DNA from: Batkoa obscura | Lineage: Eukaryota | Length of the DNA stretch: 40,787 nt | Reading direction: 5' to 3' | Assembly: GCA_030770535.1 (NCBI GenBank) | Contig: JASVEC010000149.1 | Coordinates: forward strand, 1 to 40,787 | Shown: positions 12,304-26,501 of the stretch, in pieces | Layout: each line of letters opens with the position of its first letter | Position numbering within the stretch: the first letter of the stretch is position 1 | Made by a program: the position numbers and the translations under genes | Notes under the pieces: generated by a model | Seen by the model: only the letters and a program-made list of their open reading frames with translations | Told to the model about the DNA's origin: nothing | Database searches by the model: none

Positions 12304-13053
12304 CCAGAGACATTTGATAACACCTAAAAAAATTGCTAATAAAATATCCAAATAAAAAGCACATTACCTTTTTTTGCTTAAACTATTTTTAGGTTGCATT
12401 ATACTAGTTTTCCTTTTGTTGTATAATATAAAACTTATTTGTATTTCTATGAATGATTTATTTTTCATCACTTATAAAACTATTTTACATAAAAATGTTT
12501 TTATATAATTTCTAAAGTACTGGCTTGTTTATATTTATTAATATCCCCATTTGATCCAGTTAAACTATATAAAACCAAATAAAAGCTTTATAATTTTTTA
12601 TCATAGTTGCTAAATATAAATATTAAAATATTAAAAGCAATTTTAAAAAAGACAGGTTAGTGAAAATAAAGAACTTTAAAAATCAAAATTATTTTATTAA
12701 AAGTTAATATGTTATACTGGATATAATTATAGCTGCCTTAATTGCTTTGATTTTGACTTAGTTTTATTGTTTAACTAATTTTACTTTTTTGATCCATTAC
12801 AAAAGTGATTTTCAAGCTCAAAAATAAAATTATAAACTAAAATTTTATCATAAATAGGATTTCAAAAAAATAAATATAGTATCAAATATTTTGATTATAA
12901 CTAATAACAGTTTAATAAATATATAGCTTATAATCGAAATTTGCTTAATACAAGATAACTAAAACTTTTTAGAATTTAGTACTCTTGTTAATAACGAGTA
13001 AGTTTTTTATACAAATTAAAGTGCACACATATATAAAATTCCATTAAAAATAT

Positions 13054-13151
13054 TGGGATATATTTTTGTATTTAAGAATTTTACTAACAAATTTTCTACT
13101 CAAACAGTGCTTAAAAAATAGAAAAAGTAATGGAGTCAAAAATACACTCCC
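13054..13151. mobile_element. 98 bp MITE
   Basis: Matches the family consensus and contains TACTAAC. Confidence 0.8.
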
Positions 13152-13348
13152 ATTAGTAGTTTTAAAAATTACTTAAACTTCTAGCTTTTAAAATAACTTA
13201 AAATTCTATAAACAGTATTATTTTTTATGGGCATTTTAACTTTTCAAAATTAATCACACATGTATTATAGAGCTATTTTTTTTTTTGCTTAAAGATTTTA
13301 TTAATAGTTTTTTACTAAATAATACTTAAATATGGCCTTATAATATAT

Positions 13349-14580
13349 GAGGATTTTCTGAATTAGTTTCATTTTTTTATCCAATTTTTAGAAAATTTAT
13401 ACCTCAAGGACTCTGCTTAAAATTCTATAAAAACAAAATTTTATTAAAACAAAAATACCCCAGACACAGTTCTAAATTATTCTATCATAATTTATGTTGT
13501 AAGTTAGCTGAATTTCTACTAAATTTAATAGAAATTTTCGAATTAGCAAGGCTTTTACCAATATAATATCTACATTGATATCAATCAAAATTGTAGTATG
13601 TAAATAAATACATATTTTTATAAAGTTTTATTGAGAAACATTTATTATCAACTGCTTTATAACCAACATTGTAGATTTATTATCAAATAAATAAACTATT
13701 TTGATATTATAATTACATTATTAATATATTGCCAAGTTAATAAATAGCTGTATGGGAGGAAGTGGTTAGCCCCAAAACTATAACTAACCATCTCTATATA
13801 GTACAATTAATATAATAATAGTTTTTACATATTATTACAGTTACTGTTCTTTGCTATTTATCAACTTGGCTATTAATAACTTAAGTAATATTAACATTTA
13901 ATAATTGATTTCTATTATTTTTATAAGATAAACTGGGATTGATCTTTTAGTTTTTCTATTTTCTATAGACTTTATAACTCTAATTGTAGCTATATCGCTT
14001 TTTTTGATGTATCAGATACTGGATAACAATGTAGTTTATTGTTATGTTTAATAAAGTGTAAACACTTCTTTAATGCCTTGGATCTCTATTATTCTTTTTG
14101 TATTTTTGTTTCTTTTATACTTTTTAAAAATTATATCTGTTTTCCTATTATTAACAGAGTCGAGTTATTAATTTTATTATGTTCGCAAATAAAAACCTCG
14201 AATCTTGAAACTAATTGATTGATATCTTCTATTTTACCCAATACCGATATAGCTTGTTTGTTGTAATGATCTAAAATCATTATACAACTTTTGGTATTTA
14301 ATTTTTTAATAGTTTCATTAAATGTGTTTTCTTGAGTATCAACACAGAATTTATGTAATTTGTATAACTTTTCTTCTTTATTAAAAACTTATATTTCTAC
14401 TTTGTTTTTTATTGCTGTATTTGTTTTATTTTCAAACAACTTTTTTTAACTGTATACTGGGTACATATATTACATAGATCCGTTTTTCTTGCTGGATTTT
14501 TGAAACTACTTGATATATATTTAAAAAATGTTGACCTAGCTACTGCTTTATCTTTTAAATCATTCAAATATTTATTATAT
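13349..14580 (-). mobile_element. 3' half of an internally deleted Sola-like derivative
   Basis: Degenerate right TIR at 13349 (GAGGATTTTCTGAATTAGTTTCA); homologous to 36515-37610 with the same core deletions. Confidence 0.75.
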
Positions 14581-15870
14581 GGGGCTGTCCTAATTGATTT
14601 CAGAATTTACTTAGAAATTAATCCAAATTCAAAATTTTTAAATTTGTGTCTAACATGACGGTTAAATCTAAAAAGCCTAAAGTTAAATCTCTCTATTTAA
14701 AACTTATTTTAATTGTCTCCTTTTCTTAAGTAGCTAATTTTCCTAACTATATATTTTATGTTAGTTCTGTTAGATATTTAATAGATATTTAATATATAAC
14801 TATATAATTATATAATTATATAAATACACTTATTTGACTTTATTTTCTGTTGAAATAAAAATAAAATGCAAACTTTCATAACTAAACTTTCGAATCGAAT
14901 TTTTCAAAATTTCAATATAATAGGGAGGAGTACACAATATAAACATTGTAATTCATTTACATCAATTTTAAGAGCTACTTATAACAACCCAAGGTTTATG
15001 GAATTTTATAATAAAACAAAATAAAGAAAAGATATATTATCAAAGTTTACCATAATCTTTCCACTCGAAAGCGCCTAAAAAATGGAAAAATATAAAACTA
15101 AAAAAAAGCAGCCCCATATGATTTACTCAAAAGTAAGTAATAATAGTAATAAAATATCAACATTACAACTTATTATTAAAAATACAAAAAAACTGAAGGT
15201 GAGCAAATCGAAACTACTATACAATATTTACTAAATGATCCAACTATTTCATCAAGATTTGGGGATGTGTTTTTGTATTTAAGAATTTTACTAGCAATTT
15301 TTCCACTTAAATAGCACTTAAAATGGAAAAAATAATAAAAGTCAAAAAAAACACCCCCATTTACTAAAGCAAGTAGTTTGTTAAATAATAGAAATCAATT
15401 ATTAAATGTTAATATTACTTATGTTAATATTACTTAAGTTATTAATAGCTGAGTTAATAAATAGTCAAAGAACAAGTAACTGTAATAATATGTAAAAACT
15501 ATTATTATATTACGTATACTATATAGGGATGGTTAATTATAGTTTTGGGGCTAACCACTCCCTCCCATGCAGCTATTTATTAACTTGGCAATATATTAGT
15601 AATGTAATTATAATATCAAATAGTTTATTTATTTGATAATAAATCTACAATGTTAGTTATAAAGCAGTCAATAATAAATATTTCTCAATTAAATTTTATA
15701 ACATGTATTTAAGATCTAGTAGAAATTCAACTAACTTACAGTATGAGCTATAATAGAATGATTTAGAACTGTGTCGGGTACTTTTGTTTTAATGAAAGAT
15801 TTGATTTTATAGAATTTTAAGCGAAGTTTTTAAAATTAGATAAAATAATGAAACTAATTCAGACAACTCT
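14581..15870 (+). mobile_element. Internally deleted Sola-like copy with both ends and MITE junctions
   Basis: Left TIR GGGGCTGTCCTAATT at 14581, ATG at 14866, right end AATTCAGACAACTCT at ~15870. Confidence 0.75.
15261..15358. mobile_element. 98 bp MITE flanked by ATTT/ATTT at a deletion junction
   Basis: Family consensus; the two flanks come from distant parts of the Sola-like element. Confidence 0.85.
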
Positions 15871-16170
15871 ACATATTTAATAAGATTATTAAGAAATTAA
15901 ACAATAAAAGTTATATGATAACTTTAAACTTTAAACAAATATAGAAATACAAACAAGACTAAAAGTCCAATAAATCTAGATCGTTATAATAAACAGCCTA
16001 TATTATATGAATATTAAGGTTTAGTGTTTATATTTAAAAAATAACAAAAGAATAGGCAAAGTTTTTATATTATATTTGAAAAATGTGAAAAAAACAAAAA
16101 TACAAAAAATACGACAATGAATTGTATCATTGTCTAGTATCTAATAAATAAATAGATAAATAAAACAATA

Positions 16171-16493
16171 GGGGATGTGTTTTTTGTTTGAGAATTTTAC
16201 TGGCGAGTTTTCCACCTAAATCTAAATAGCGCTTTAAAAAATAGAAAAAATAATGAAATTAAAAAAACATCCCCATATATTAATAGTATAATTTTTTAGC
16301 ACCAAAATAGTTTACTTGATAGCAAATCTATAACACTGGCTATAAAGCAATCAATAATAAACGTTTTTTAATGAAGTTTTATAGCAACATCTCCGGAGTG
16401 TTTTTTTTGACTTTTATTATTTTTTCCATTTTTTAAGCCCTATTTAAGCGAAAAATTTGTTAGTAAAATTCTTAAACACAAAAACACATCCCC
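16171..16493. mobile_element. Two MITEs in inverted orientation (16171-16274, 16395-16493) around a decayed Sola 3' fragment
   Basis: Consensus matches on opposite strands. Confidence 0.75.
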
Positions 16494-16631
16494 ATATCCT
16501 CATCTATTTTATTTATTTACACACTATAGCTTTGGTTAATATCAATGGTATATAGGTTATATTAATAAGAAAGAACCTTGTTGATTCGGGAATTTCTATT
16601 AAATTTAAATTTTTTTTGGCTAACTTGGAGT

Positions 16632-17077
16632 TGTGAAATATCGCTTTGTCAGTCCCATGGTTAATTGTAGCATAACAATCGCCTAAGCTGTTGTGTTCTT
16701 GAGTTCAGAGGAAATCAATCCCATGTTCTTATTTTAATTTGTTATGAGAATTTCTAGCTCCATCCAAAAAGAATATTATCTTCTCATTTTGATATTTATA
16801 CTTTTCAGAGTATAAAAGAGTTTACAGAGTATAGTAGTTTGAGGCTTTTTAACTGAATTATTCCCTGATATCTCGAACATTTAATAAAGCCACTAAGTTT
16901 TCTTAATAGTATTTTATGTAGATTTTACATAGTCTATAGCCTATTACGTGCTATTTTTCGCAATTTAAGTCCATCTTAGTCACATAAACTAAGACCTTTC
17001 GACTTATAATGTAATTAACCAGGAAATAACTGTTTTTGACTCCAACCAAACACTGAGTATGAGTACCAGATTTCACA
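16632..17077. mobile_element. Solo LTR copy 2
   Basis: Highly similar to 11835-12303; no matching TSD. Confidence 0.7.
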
Positions 17078-17324
17078 GTATAAATTATAATGAAGTGATT
17101 TAAAACTGTGTCAAGTCTAGGTAAAGGTATTTTACTCTTTAATAAATTTATTTTGTAGAATTTAAGCAGTTTTAACATACAAGATATTTAAAAATCGGAT
17201 AAAAAAGCGAAGCATTTGGCATATTTGATATATTATAGCTTTTAGATTTATTTGGCTAAGGCCGGTTTGCATCTATATTAATAGCTAAGATTAAAAATTA
17301 TATAAAGAACAGCTTCAAATATAT

Positions 17325-17424
17325 GGGGGTGTTTTTTTGACTTTGATTACTCTTTCCATTTTTTAAAGGACTGTTTTGAGTGGAAAATTTGTTGGTGAAA
17401 TTCTTGGACAAAAAAATACATTTC
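17325..17424. mobile_element. Diverged MITE copy
   Basis: ATAT-GGGGGTGTTTTTTTGAC... matches the consensus with a decayed end. Confidence 0.7.
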
Positions 17425-17645
17425 TAATAACTATTATTAAATCATGTTTTTTGTTAACAGTTATTAATTTACAATATCGAACTATCAATATAGATTTTCT
17501 TCAATATTGAATTAAAATTTACCATTAAACTTTACTATTAAAATTTACTTAATTCACTGAAAGTAAAATTTGCCCTATTTGTTTTATTAAGTTAATAGTT
17601 TTATAATATAAAAGCTCTCTTTGTAAGTAAATTGGAAAAATCCCC

Positions 17646-19175
17646 TGTTTATGAAAAAGCGTTTGATTTGATTTGGCTTACTCTTTTTTGTTTATGTTTT
17701 ATCCGTTTATTACTGACTGACAAATTATTGAACTTGAAAATAATATATGGGGATGTTTTTTTTGGGTTTCTTATTTTTTCCATGTTTTAAACGCCGCTAT
17801 TTGAGTAAAAAAATTGTTAGTAAAATTCTTAAATACAAAAATACATTCCCATATGGAAATAAATTAGCTATTTATTTAGCTTAAGTATTTTTAATTAATT
17901 ATTAATTTCTATTTTATACTAGTTGTTCATACACAAATATACTATTATTTCACTGTTATAAAAAATTCAGATTAAAGCCAAAGCTAAAATATGTTTTGTA
18001 TAAATTTAGTGAAATTGAAGTAATACCTTGATAATAACTTTAATTCCGATGAAATAAAATAAATAAAAAAAAGCAGTTTTTAACGATCATAAAAGGATCA
18101 TAAAAGGATCTTATCTTTGTTGGTTTTTTATATACTATTTGAAAAGTCATGAGAAACATAATAGGTTGTTTGCCTTTAATGTTTTCGTTTTTTCCATACC
18201 AGAAAACTATTTCAAAAATGATTATTGTATACGGAATTTTTTTGTTACAAAGTGTAAGTGTTCAAAGAAACAAAATACAAAGAGGGGGGTCGGTAGTAAA
18301 GTGGAACTAAAAAGATAAACCTTGATAAATTTTGCCTGAGACTATCCAGGTATTTTAGATTACTTTTTAGTGTTCAGAAAGTTTCAAGATATGTAGAGTT
18401 AGCTTTGATGAAATTTAGGAGGTCTTTCCAGAGAAACATTAAATATATTTATTTAAAAAAGAATAGTTTGTTCATCCATACCTCGCCGCTAATGGTGAAA
18501 AGTATTGGTATAGTAGGGTTTTTGATACGAATTAAATTACCATGAGTTTGCAATTTTTATTGGACATATACTTGATTATTAAAGATTCCTTTATTAAAAA
18601 GTAATCTTAAAATAAATAATAGGCTTTATTAGCTGATTAAAGCTATGGTGAAAGAGATAGTAAGCTTTATACTAATGAAAGTGCCTAAAAAAGGCACAAA
18701 TTTAACTCAAAGGGAGATTAAATTTAGCAAAAAAAGGTGAGCCTCCAGGAAGATTATTATAAGAACCATTATGGGAAAATGGGAACTTTATAGAGGAGAT
18801 TTGCAAGAGGAAAAAATTTGAGAAAATTCGGTAAAGCTATGAAATCAAAAACAATATTTGTGTTACTTTCTTTACAGTCGCCAATATTAATCTCTCCATC
18901 GTTTAAAGAGTGATTTGATGATGGTGAAATTAATAAGAAACGGTTAGCTGTTTTCAAAATAACAATAGAAAGTAGAAAATTGATCTCAAGCAAAATGATG
19001 ACAAAGTAGTATAAGTAACAAACAACATTTAAATTTCATTCTAATAATTAAAAAATTGTTACCAATTAATTAGAGGTAAATATTTATTTTAGATGGCTCA
19101 TTTTGTTAAATTTATCTGATCATTTTACTAATTGCAAGTTTTATATAGGTTTAAAATGCTTTTTTTCATAAAACA
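17646..19175 (+). mobile_element. Decayed PIF/Harbinger/ISL2EU-like (DDE_Tnp_4) transposon
   Basis: Degenerate peptides ALLAD*SYG, VPKKGTNLTQREIKFSKK and SRKIII/HYGK at 18620-18780. Approximate TIRs TGTTTATGAAAAAGC and GCTTTTTTTCATAAAACA. Confidence 0.45.
17749..17850. mobile_element. MITE, ATAT TSD
   Basis: Family consensus with ATAT on both sides. Confidence 0.85.
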
Positions 19176-19699
19176 TAAATTTTCATTATTTACGAAGTAT
19201 TTTTAATTCATTAAAAATAAGCAAGTAGATAAAAGTACTTTCAAATCAATTAAATGGCCCTACTAATATTTGGTATTTTGTTTATTCTCCATTTAAGGTA
19301 TTTATATTTATATTTGTAAAATTAAATGATTATTAATAAAAAACAGAATTATTAATTCATGTACTATTTATTAACTTCAGCTCTATATTGTGCGAAATTA
19401 GTAAACAACCTGGAGGGGAAGGGAGCACCACTTTTTAATTTTAATTTTACTTAAAAAGAATATTTGTTTTAAAAATATATGCCATATTCAATAGGCTTTA
19501 AAATTTATAATAATGCATTAAATTAAACGTTAAAATTAAAATAGATATTCAATGGTAAGTTTCTCGAATTTTAAGCGCTAACACATTAAAAATATGACCT
19601 TAAGTTAAAGTTGATATCAAAATGAAAGATAACAAAAATATGGTTAAATCTAAAAAAGTCAAATAGGATTGATTTGATTTAGCATTAAAAAAAATTATA

Positions 19700-22600
19700 A
19701 TGTCCAAGCTCTAATGATTTTTAGTGAATATTAAACAATACCACAATCAACTTATACCTTTTAGTTTTAAAAGAAGAAGGGAGGAGGGAGTCATTTGTAG
19801 AATATGTATCAAGTTCAAGTTGCACAGGCTTTTGGATTGTAAACTAGAGTGTATCTCTCCTTTTAGCTTTTTTATATTTTAAAATGGGAATTACTTGAAG
19901 TTGACAAATCTTGGCTATTTTAGTAGAGCTTCCAACTTCAAAAGCAAAAAAAAAGCACTGAAGTTTTTAACAAAATAGCTTGCTTTTTCATCCATTAATT
20001 TTTAATCATTATTAATAAAGTATTTGATTTTGTATAATTCTCAAAAGATTTAGATATGAGATACTAACTATATTCAGACATAACCAGAGCTACTTGTATG
20101 TACACTCTCTGTAATTTTTATTATATGATTGAAAAACTTTAAAATTTAAAAAGACATTAACTTTTTATTCCTTACTTATTTATTGTTTTTGATAAATATA
20201 TAGCTTATTAAATAGTATAAATTAAAAATCAAATTATGGAAAATTAAATTATTTGTAATAAAATAACATGGATTTTTGATTAAAAGCTTGATTGAGAGGT
20301 TTATTTTAAATAACTCATACTTGCTACGCATACATGAATTGTTAGTATTGGACTGCATGGCTTTGAGTTTTATTTGAGTTAAATGCCATAATAATACATA
20401 AAGTGAAAAAACACTCCCAGGATTTTCATATCTATAGCATGATTCATAAGGTTTGGGAATTTTCAACTCCCTTATTTTCATTAATTTATATTTATCTGGG
20501 TGGAGGGAAGTACCAAATGCATATTTAAAAACAAATTAGAAAGCCTGAGAAGTAAATATCTTTTGTCAAACCATCAGTATAGATTGCATAAACAAAATAT
20601 TCTCTTATAAAGTTGGTAAGTATCGAGGAATTGCTATAATTGTTTGTGATTTTGTTAGTATCAATGTTTTGTGAATACTAATTTTAAATGTATCTTAAAT
20701 TTGTTAATAAATGATTAACATATTTGTTAACTTTAGTAGCTTCTTCATAGCTAATTTTATTAAATCCTTATTCTTAAATGTGATATGGGAGCCAAGGCCA
20801 GAAAGTAGAAAAACTTCCCCCCATTATAATAACAAAATGTTTAATCAGCTACAACAAACCCAGAAAGAGCATGCTTAATATATTCACTTGAAATTAATTC
20901 TAAAATACCATATGCTTTTGGACGGGGAATTGTTAATATGGTTGCTCCTCTCAAAAAACGATTATTTACAAGCCAAATATTTTAAACACTGGATTAATAT
21001 GATAAATAAAACTCTCCCCCTTCTTGGCTTCATAACATTATATTAAAAGGAATAAATTTGAATTTTGCATATAAATTTGATTGCTCAAATTTAACTCACA
21101 TTAAGAATTGTATTTTTTATCATCTATAAAATTTATAAGATTATCTAATAGGTACATAATCCTATTATATATCAAGAATCCTTTCGAATGCTAAATTGCC
21201 GTTGGTTTCGAAAAAACAATCCAAACATCTGAATATTTCGGTATTCATTGGAATTGATTTTGAGTGTTTGAAATTTGTCTGGTTAATATTAATATCTTTT
21301 TTTAGTTGAAATGTGTTAAAATGGACTTTTTTTAGGATCCGAGAATTAAGTTTTTGTTTTTTGTAAAATCTTAATCTCTTTTGAAATTACTTCTAATAAT
21401 GTCATGTCCCCACGTACTTCAACTTCATACAGCTTTAGCAACTGATATTATGTTGCTAGTTGCTGTTAAACAGGTTTGGTTTGTATAGTTATAGAATTGA
21501 GTTTACACTTTTATATTCTGCTTTCTATACTTAAGTTTAGTTAGTAATAGGTCACAACTGAAATAATCCATAGGAATAAAGAGATTGGATCCCCCTTTGT
21601 TCTAATCCATGTGTTGCAGTGTATTCATTGATATGGCCCCATGAAAGACTTTCGTTTTGGAATTTCTGTGTAAAATTAAAAACTTAAATCTATAAATTCA
21701 CAAATTTCTCAGAGAAGGTTTAAACCTTTTTAAGCTTTGATTAAAGATTCCCAAGTTTTACACAGAAATTGCAACCTTAGAAATACCTAGAAAAATAATA
21801 ATGGACTTTATATTTAAATGCATCTATTGTCAATCGTAAAATTAAACTTGTTCACGAATGATTTTGGTTTTATTTACTAAAACCAAAATTTGTGTTTGTA
21901 AAGATATCTCTATTGTTACATACACTTTTAGGATCCCATTAACTAAAATTGAAAATAACAAACTTTCAGTGGGCTTTAATAAAGCTATTGGTCCAAAGCA
22001 TTGTTACACATCTAATTAATTTTTATCTTTCATGTATAAGTGTTATAATTTCTAATTTTATAAATTGGATTTGGAAAGGGGTGCTTTTTCATCTTTACTA
22101 AAGTTGAAGCTAAATTTGACAAGAAATTGACATTGACATTTGCTAAGTGCTTTTTTCCAAAACTTATTTGAATTCTCAATATTACCCCCCGGTATATTTA
22201 TCAGCTTTGAAGTGATAATTTAAATATGCCTAAAGTTGTTTAATATAATCGATAATTTTGGTTTATGATTTGGATTTATAACCACATAATTTTGAAAATA
22301 GCTAAATCTCATTTCGTTTATTATACGGATTATGGTTTTTTCATCTATAATTCCATACTTTGACTTTTGGGGGACATATTTTTGTGTCTAAGAAAACTTT
22401 GTTAATAATTTTCTTACTCAAATGGATGGGGGCGACTCTTAAAAGATAGAAAAAGTGATAAACCCAAAAAACACCTCCATTTGTTTTCAAAAAGTCCTTA
22501 GTGTAAAGTTTTCTTTTAGGTGAATTCCGCTGAAGTGTTTCTCTAAAATCTACAAAAGATGTATTCAAAAGTTAATCTTCTTACAATATTAATGCCTTTT

Positions 22601-24400
22601 TTCTATTCCTGTTGTAAAATAATACTGATTGAAATTTTGTTGTCGTGTGAAATAAGTTTTCCTTAATCATTAATTTTGGTGATTTTTTAATAGATTGCGA
22701 TAATAAATACTCTGGTTCCTGCTTTTTAATAATTCAGAACAATTTTTTCCATATAGTTGTTTCTTTTGTGATCTTTTTTGTATTTTTATTGGTTTTTTAA
22801 TTACATCAGTTCTTATTTTGCTCCATGATTGTGTTTTGAAAGCACATTATCATCATTACAAATTTTAGATTAAAACAATTTCATATTTTATCAATTATAT
22901 TCTTGAGTATTAAAACATTGAAACTTCTGTCAATCAATTTATATCTTGTTACTTTTTTGAATCTTTCTAAATATCGGGGTTGAATTGATCCATGGTAAGT
23001 CAAAAAGTGAATATCAATATCCTGTGGATTTGAAGTATTTATTCATCCCCCCATCAATTTTACCTTATAAGAGCATATCAGCTTATGTCTTAAACACTAC
23101 CACATAATTCACAGGTATGTACAATTGATTTATCATACATAAACTCTCAAGTATTAATAAGGTTGGTTGCATTAGCAATAATATGGTTTATAAAATCAAC
23201 CGCCTCTTTCATTTGTTTAGTTTAGCTCCATTGTTTGTATCCACATTCTTCAATGTCTCTATAATCAAATTATTTAAATAACTCATAGTTTGGCCTTTTG
23301 ATAACGGACATTATGTGAAAGTTTCATGATCAACTTGATAAAGTATAAATCCAACAAAATAAATGGATTTTGAGTTGAAGTTAAATTTGACTAAATAGCA
23401 GTTTGAAATAGCAGTTTTTGAAATTATTCGGTCATTCCAACATTTATCAAAAATAGTAACTATTATATACCTCTATTTATATTGGACTTGAATCATGTGA
23501 AGAATATATAAATTAAGTTTACATTTCTTCAATCTGTTTTAATTGTAGATATTTTTAGAGACAAAATCTTGTTTTCATATTAAGATAAAAAAGGTATATC
23601 AGTATAAAAATTGTGTTTTGCTTTATTATTTTATTAACATTGGGATTTTCACAATATTCTTTTATTTTAAGATTAATATTAACTGCCGGACCATCTCCAA
23701 TTAAGTTGCTTTTATTTGAACATGGGAGATATTACGTCCGTTGCTAGTGTATGTCAAATTTAAAGTCAAAATAAATATACAAATCAAGGTAATATTGTTT
23801 GTTTAGGATTTTATTTAGAATATCTATTAATCATTCAATAATAGAAGTTTCCTATCTGTTTGATTATCCTACATTCCATCCCGTCTCATCTCTTGTCTCA
23901 TCCCATTGATTCACTATTCTCCCCTCCCATTTTTAGAATCAGACTTATTTTCAGTATCCCTTAGAAACATTTTTATACCTCACTCTTGATATTTTATGAA
24001 TTAAATGTTTCTTAAGAGAATGAGATAATTGGATTGAGACATGATTATCTGAAAAATGTAATCCATGTGTTTTAAGCTTTGTAATAATAGCACTTTGATC
24101 TTTTAACAGTTTCTGAAAAAATCTCACGGCAAACCCTATATTATACATAAAAGCAAGGTCCAGGAGAGTCATAAGTAATGGGAGGCTGAAATTTTGGGGC
24201 AATTGTATTTCGTTAGTTTCTTTGAATAGAGGGGGAGGGGTTTTGAGATTTTACACTGAAAATACACTTTGGAATTTTAATGCTCTGTTCTGTTGAGGAC
24301 AGTATTAACATTAGTGGTAAAACGCTCACTTTTTTGTCTTACTTCTATGCTTTATTAGAGTAGACAGTTCTACTAAATGAGAAGAAATTAACAATAAAGG
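19700..24400 (-). pseudogene. Highly decayed non-LTR (LINE) retrotransposon; boundaries approximate
   Basis: Frameshifted RT motifs in the correct order on the minus strand: PIALL (~21990), GLEQ/GDPISLFLWII (~21600), YV-DMTLL as a YADD remnant (~21410), PKKS (~21330), FRCL (~21230). Possible endonuclease remnant at ~23050. Confidence 0.6.
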
Positions 24401-25471
24401 AAGTACTTCTTAGTCCATCTAAGTGCTTTTACTTTTAAGTAGGAGATTATTTCAGTTTCTCAAATCCAGAAGATTTTAAAACATAAGATTGAATTTTTTA
24501 TACCCAGTATCCAATCTGAGAAAGTAATAAATTTTCTAAAGGTAAAATAAAATGTCATGTATATCAATGGCAGTTAGTAACTACTTTAAAAACAATATAA
24601 TTATGGGTGTTCTTCTCATTACTTTCCTCTAAATAAAATTTGGAATATTCAGTGTCTAATAGTTTTTTCGACTTATTAGGAGAGATATCCACTTTTATTT
24701 TTAGTAACCCAATTGACTAAAATAGAGTATAAACCTCAGTTTGTTAACTTGAGTATTAGATAGGCAACGGAGTTCCTCCATTATGGACAAAAAGAAATGT
24801 TATGATATCAATTTGGTTATTTTTTTGAATAACTAAGTACTAAGTAAACCTTATATAAATTGTACTTTTTTATATGATCTAAATAAAACTTAAGGGTGTG
24901 GTTGCTGTATTTAGCTTATTTTGGAGGTAAAATGTAAAAAAATTGTTGTTTATTAATTGAACTTAAATGCGGTAATAAATTTTGCACTGAATAAGTTTTA
25001 TAAATCATAAATTGAAATTAAATAAAATAAAATCACCAAATAAACTGACTTATTATGTAAAGTTGAAATTACTAGATAGAAAGTTTAGTTCATTAAATTT
25101 GAACTTTGAATTAATTTTAAAAAAACTGTATTAGGAGATTTTTTGACTTAAAAGTTGAAAAAAGTAAAAACAACAATCGGCTTTAAACCAAATTACTATA
25201 AAAAGAAAATTGAAAAGTGAAGTGATAAAAGAGAAATTTATGTTTTGTTAAGCCAAGCGCTTTTAGCATCGGGGACCCCCCACGGAACTATTTTTAAAAT
25301 GTAACTTTTATAAAAACGTAAATTAATTAAAGAAAGCATATCATTTTAAAAGAGCTGAATTTCAACTTTATTATAAATATATTTAATTAAACATAAGCTT
25401 ATTAATTCCAAATACTTTTTCATTTTATCAACTATGAAAATTATAAAATAATTTTAATTTGGGTTCAATAT

Positions 25472-25800
25472 GCGGGTGTTTTTTTAGTTTCATTATTTTT
25501 TCTATCTTTCAAGTGCTATATCTATCTATTTGAGCGAAAAATTTGTTAATAAAATTCTTAAAACACAAAAATACATCATCAACCATACTTTTTATTCTAA
25601 ATTATAATCTAATTCAACAAATTTAACTCAGAATAAAAACTATTTGATTTTAAATAACTAAATAGATCATTTTTGAATTATCTTAAAACAAATATAAAGG
25701 GAGATTATGGGGGGGGCTTATTTTTGTACTTGGATCTTACTAGCGAATTTTATACTTCAAACGCGCTTAAAAAATGGAAAAAGTAATGAAGACAATAAAT
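25472..25800. mobile_element. Two diverged MITE copies (~25472-25580, ~25709-25800)
   Basis: Partial consensus matches in opposite orientations. Confidence 0.6.
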
Positions 25801-26164
25801 AATCAATTAGATTAATTTAAAAATTTCAATCCCAAACTGTTACGGTATTTGTGTATTTAATTTAATCAAAAAGTCTTTTACCTTGTTAGTGAAAATTGCT
25901 AAAATCTGCAAATTTTTACTTTTTATAAAAAAATAATTCAAAAAGGGTAAAATAATATGATTATTAACTTAATCAATAGCTTTATTATTATTAGAAAATT
26001 ACTTTTATTATTATAGATACAATAAATCACAAAAACATGATTAAATATAAAACAAATTAAGCTGAAGTAAAATTATCAATACCAATTTGAATGAAAAGGT
26101 TATAAAAAAGTATGTATGGACTACTTTTAAACTGATACAAAGAGGGAAAGCTTGAGAAATAAAT

Positions 26165-26501
26165 GGGGGTCCTTTTTTGGCTCTCATTATTTTTTCCATT
26201 TTAAGCGCTATTTGAGCGGGAAAATTATTAGCAAAATTGTTAAACACAGAAATACATCCCCAAATATAATAAAAAAATAACAGAAAAGAAAAATTAATAT
26301 ATGGGAGTGTTTTTTTTGACTTCATTACTTTTTCCATTTTTAAGCGCTATTTAAGCGGAAAAATTGCTAGTAAAATTCTTAAATACAAAAATACATCCCC
26401 ATATGGTGACGTTTTTTTGACTTCATTATTTTTTCCATCTTTAAAGTACTATTTGGGTGGAAAATTGTTAGTAAAGTTCTTAAATACAAAAACACATTCC
26501 C
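26165..26501. mobile_element. Cluster of three MITEs (26165-26261 with AAAT TSD; 26303-26400; 26405-26501)
   Basis: The last two MITEs and the Sola left TIR are each separated only by ATAT. Confidence 0.88.

Noticed and set aside
20176..24202. ORFs 20176-20481, 22341-22568 and 23951-24202 as host genes
   Set aside because: They lie within the decayed LINE region, and 22341-22568 overlaps a diverged MITE-like insert.
26165..26501. Tandem ~100 bp repeats as a CRISPR array or satellite
   Set aside because: Eukaryotic context, dispersed copies with TIRs and TSDs, no unique spacers of regular length; these are MITEs. ORF 26041-26337 is a read-through of them.
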